DNA of 64,000 bases. Origin: an uncultured delta proteobacterium. GTDB lineage: Bacteria; Myxococcota_A; Polyangia; Fen-1088. Shown here in pieces: positions 60,176 to 64,000 of this stretch (positions within the stretch are counted from its first letter, which is position 1; each line of letters begins with the position of its first letter). The stretch lies in assembly GCA_963737265.1 (NCBI GenBank), contig CAVTRY010000022.1, positions 64,001-128,000 of the forward strand, read 5' to 3'. Both the position numbers and the translations under genes were made by a program. The notes under the pieces are model-generated. The model was not told the DNA's origin. It worked only from the letters and a program-made list of their open reading frames with translations, and searched no databases.

Positions 60176-60319
60176 CCAAAAGCGCAGCCACCTACTTGGA
60201 GCTTGCCTTGCGCAGGGGTGTCCTCTTTGCGAGCCTCGACGGTCAGTTGCGGGCCGCAATGAAAAAGGGCCGGCGGCCGTCTCGCCCTTTGAGCCACGCT
60301 GACAGAGTGGCCGTTCCAG

Positions 60320-60420
60320 TGGGGCGGCCACTTCCATGGTCACGACCTCGTACCCTTCCATCGCCGCCTGCAAGGCGCAGATGGGCAGGATGGTCCTCGG
60401 TGACGACCGCGCCCCCAGGC
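60320..60420 (-). pseudogene. Degenerate internal fragment of ahcY
   Basis: Encodes 'LGAR...[22 protein letters not shown]', matching ahcY at ~62809-62910. Confidence 0.8.
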
Positions 60421-60593
60421 AGGGTTTCCATACCTTTCCGCGATGGTGCGCGGCCAGCAAAGCTGGCCGGCTCGCTCTGCCCTCGGCACCCGCCACCCGG
60501 ACTGCCTCCTCCGCGCTTCGCGCGGCCTCGCCCACGCGACTAGTACCGGTAATGGTTATACGCAGCTTCATGGTAATCTACGTATAACTCGCC

Positions 60594-61652
60594 ATGACCC
60601 AGCCCTTGCCTCTCGAGACCCAGACCCTCTATGCGGAGCTCCTGGAGCATCTGCTGGGCCTCGAAGCCCAGCGCTCGATCGGCAGCCTGGCGGGTTCGTT
60701 CACCTCGAAGCAGGTCAAGGGAGAAACCTACGTCTATTACCAGGCGTCACTTCCGGGCGGTAAGACACGGCAGTTCTATCTGGGTCGAGAGTCGCCGGCA
60801 CTCGGTCGTCTGGCAGCGCGCTTCGAGCGAGAACATGCCTCGTTCGCAGCCGACGTCGCCCGCGTTGCGAGGATCGCGGCGCAGCTGCGCGCTGGCGGGG
60901 CCGGCGCAACCGATGCCGCCTCGGCCCGCGTTCTCTGCGGCCTCGCCGACGCGGGCGTCTTCGCGGCGGGCGGCGTCCTGGTCGGCACCCACGCATTCAT
61001 GGCGATCGGCAACCTGCTGGGTGTCAGATGGGCCTCGGGATCGCTCCGGACGCAGGACGTGGACGTGGGAGGCAGCCGCGCGGTCGACGTCGATGTCGCC
61101 GTTCCCGATGTGCAGATTGACCTGCCGGCCGCGCTGGATAATCTCCAGATGGGCTTTCTTCCGGTCCCGGCCCTGGACCCGCGAAATCCGAGCACATCAT
61201 TCAAGGTGCGCGGCCAGGCCCTGCGGGTCGACCTCCTCTGCCCCAAACGCGGCCAAGCCGAGACTCCAATCTTCATCCCACGCTGGAACGCCGCCGCGCA
61301 GCCGCTTGCCCATCTCGGGTTTCTCCTCGAATCGCCCGAACGAGCCATGATCCTGGCAAGCACGGCTGCCTTGGTGAACGTTCCAGCGCCAGCGCGCTTT
61401 GCACTTCACAAGCTTCTCGTCGCGCAGCTCCGTCCGGCTTCGCTCGCCGCAAAGGCCGCGAAGGACATCCTCCAGGCCGTGCAGGTTCTTGAGGTGCTCG
61501 TCGAGGATCGCCCAGGCGACATCGCACTCGCTTGGACTGCCCTCGAAGCCCTGGGCCCGACCATGAGCAAGCCCATCCAGCGCGGGCTGGCCGCAGCCGA
61601 TGCGCGCGCCCGTGGCCTGCGCAAGCGGGTGCGTGATGCGGCGGGAAAGTAG
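60594..61652 (+). CDS. GSU2403-type nucleotidyltransferase-fold protein
   Basis: 'LYAELLE', 'ETYVYYQ', 'FYLG', 'GVLVGTHAF', 'RTQDVDV', 'VPAPARFALHKL', 'KAAKD'. Inverted repeat GTTATACG/CGTATAAC just upstream (60555-60588). Confidence 0.78.
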   Translation: MTQPLPLETQTLYAELLEHLLGLEAQRSIGSLAGSFTSKQVKGETYVYYQASLPGGKTRQFYLGRESPALGRLAARFEREHASFAADVARVARIAAQLRAGGAGATDAASARVLCGLADAGVFAAGGVLVGTHAFMAIGNLLGVRWASGSLRTQDVDVGGSRAVDVDVAVPDVQIDLPAALDNLQMGFLPVPALDPRNPSTSFKVRGQALRVDLLCPKRGQAETPIFIPRWNAAAQPLAHLGFLLESPERAMILASTAALVNVPAPARFALHKLLVAQLRPASLAAKAAKDILQAVQVLEVLVEDRPGDIALAWTALEALGPTMSKPIQRGLAAADARARGLRKRVRDAAGK

Positions 61653-61675
61653 GCGGATCGAGTACAGAGATTGCT

Positions 61676-61940
61676 TGCATGTGCCCCACATGCAGGTATC
61701 CTAGTATCACAGCCAAGATGATTCAGGTCAGACACGTTCCCGACGACGTCGCTGTCCGACTATTTGCTGGCCGAACTGGAGCGGACGAGTCTACGGCCGT
61801 CCCCGAGAGAGATTCCGGCGCGGCTGTCGAAATTGCGACCTGTTGCCACACCTGCATCCATCGTGTCGGCGTTGCGAGAAAAGAGGGATCGGCACTGACT
61901 GTCCTTGACGCCTCGGTCGTGGTCTGCTTGGTGGCAGAAG
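61676..61940 (+). pseudogene. Relic RHH antitoxin / PIN toxin module with operator palindrome
   Basis: Palindrome TGCATGTG-ccc-CACATGCA (61676-61694); 'MIQVRHVPDDV' (FitA/RHH-like start); 'VLDASVVV' (PIN-like start). Confidence 0.5.
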
Positions 61941-62202
61941 AGCGGCCGAGATCCATGCGCGCCTGGCAAGTGAAGGACAGGCCTGGCACGCGCCGCACTT
62001 AATCGAGGTGGAGGTGTGCCATGTCCTCCGGCTGCTCTAACAGGACAACCGCAGCCGAGGATTCGGTGTTGGCCGGCGAACCCTGAACGGAGCGCTTGCC
62101 CGGCAGCCCGAGCCGACCGTGGCCGAAGGTTTCAAGATCTTGCGCGAGTGCCGGCAACCCGGCCAATACGCCACCAAGAATTCCAACACAGGAAGAACCA
62201 TA

Positions 62203-62236
62203 GGAAAAAATAGGTGGCCTCCGCCGAAGGGCACCG
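62203..62236 (-). terminator. Possible intrinsic terminator after ahcY
   Basis: Imperfect GC stem (GGTGCCCT/AGGCCACC on the minus strand) followed by TATTTTTT. Confidence 0.35.
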
Positions 62237-62276
62237 AAGCGGACGAGCAACGCTCGCCCGCTCCCCACGATTACTC

Positions 62277-63735
<1,459 letters not shown>

Positions 63736-63762
63736 GAAAGCTCCTTCGCGAATGTGAACGGG

Positions 63763-64000
63763 TTACGGGTTTACGATGCTTTTTCCAACAAGCAATTGAA
63801 GAGGCGGCGTGAAAGCGCCGGGCAGGGGGCCGACTGCGACTACTTCAAGTCCTGCCTCGCCGAGCCAGGAGCGCAGCTTGTCGGGTTCGAAACCCAGCCA
63901 CACGTGCCCTTGCTCGCGCAGGCTTTCGTCCTTGTGGGGCACGTGATCTGCGACGACGAGATGCCCGCCCGGCCGCAGGAAACGCGCGGCGGTGGCGACC
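63763..64000 (-). CDS. C-terminus of SAM-methyltransferase-fold protein (ArsR-MTase/SahR-like), partial
   Basis: 'ARFLRPGGHLVVADHVPHKDESLREQGHVWLGF'; stop TAA at 63763-63765; directly upstream of ahcY. Confidence 0.7.
   Translation of the reverse strand, partial: VATAARFLRPGGHLVVADHVPHKDESLREQGHVWLGFEPDKLRSWLGEAGLEVVAVGPLPGAFTPPLQLLVGKSIVNP

Overview
High-GC (~65%) bacterial chromosomal window, most likely Myxococcota/Polyangia-like (inferred from a MYXO-CTERM-type tail, Cys-rich Pal, PEGA/TPR plus Ser/Thr kinase, DUF4175 and DUF4159 genes). Housekeeping blocks (ECF sigma factor, GT51/PBP1A, metF, dedA, pal-cpoB, lysA, adk, glgP, ilvD, ahcY) alternate with accessory DNA. The strongest unexplained signal is a ~570-580 bp element present three times (11378-11946, 23104-23681, 35530-36108). 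Each copy has 23-bp terminal inverted repeats and a perfect, copy-specific 9-bp target-site duplication, has no transposase, and carries only a GxxExxY (PD-(D/E)XK) nuclease-family gene. Every copy ends exactly 16 bp before a TTG-starting -35-like box. An ISKra4-type IS (16621-18403) shares the GGGTG ends, the 9-bp TSD and a similar promoter spacing. Other notable items: a sigma54 module with atypical receivers and a shared enhancer-like motif (42.6-52.4 kb), a RAYT-like HUH transposase between two inverted repeat arrays, duplicated GH3 lipoproteins, a decayed effector-like locus (plant-type PLD fragment, degenerate FolK-like lipoprotein), toxin-antitoxin modules, and short gene-fragment duplications bracketing islets. 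Several single-base frameshifts (including ahcY) may be sequencing errors. All family assignments come from motif recognition by eye; no searches were run.
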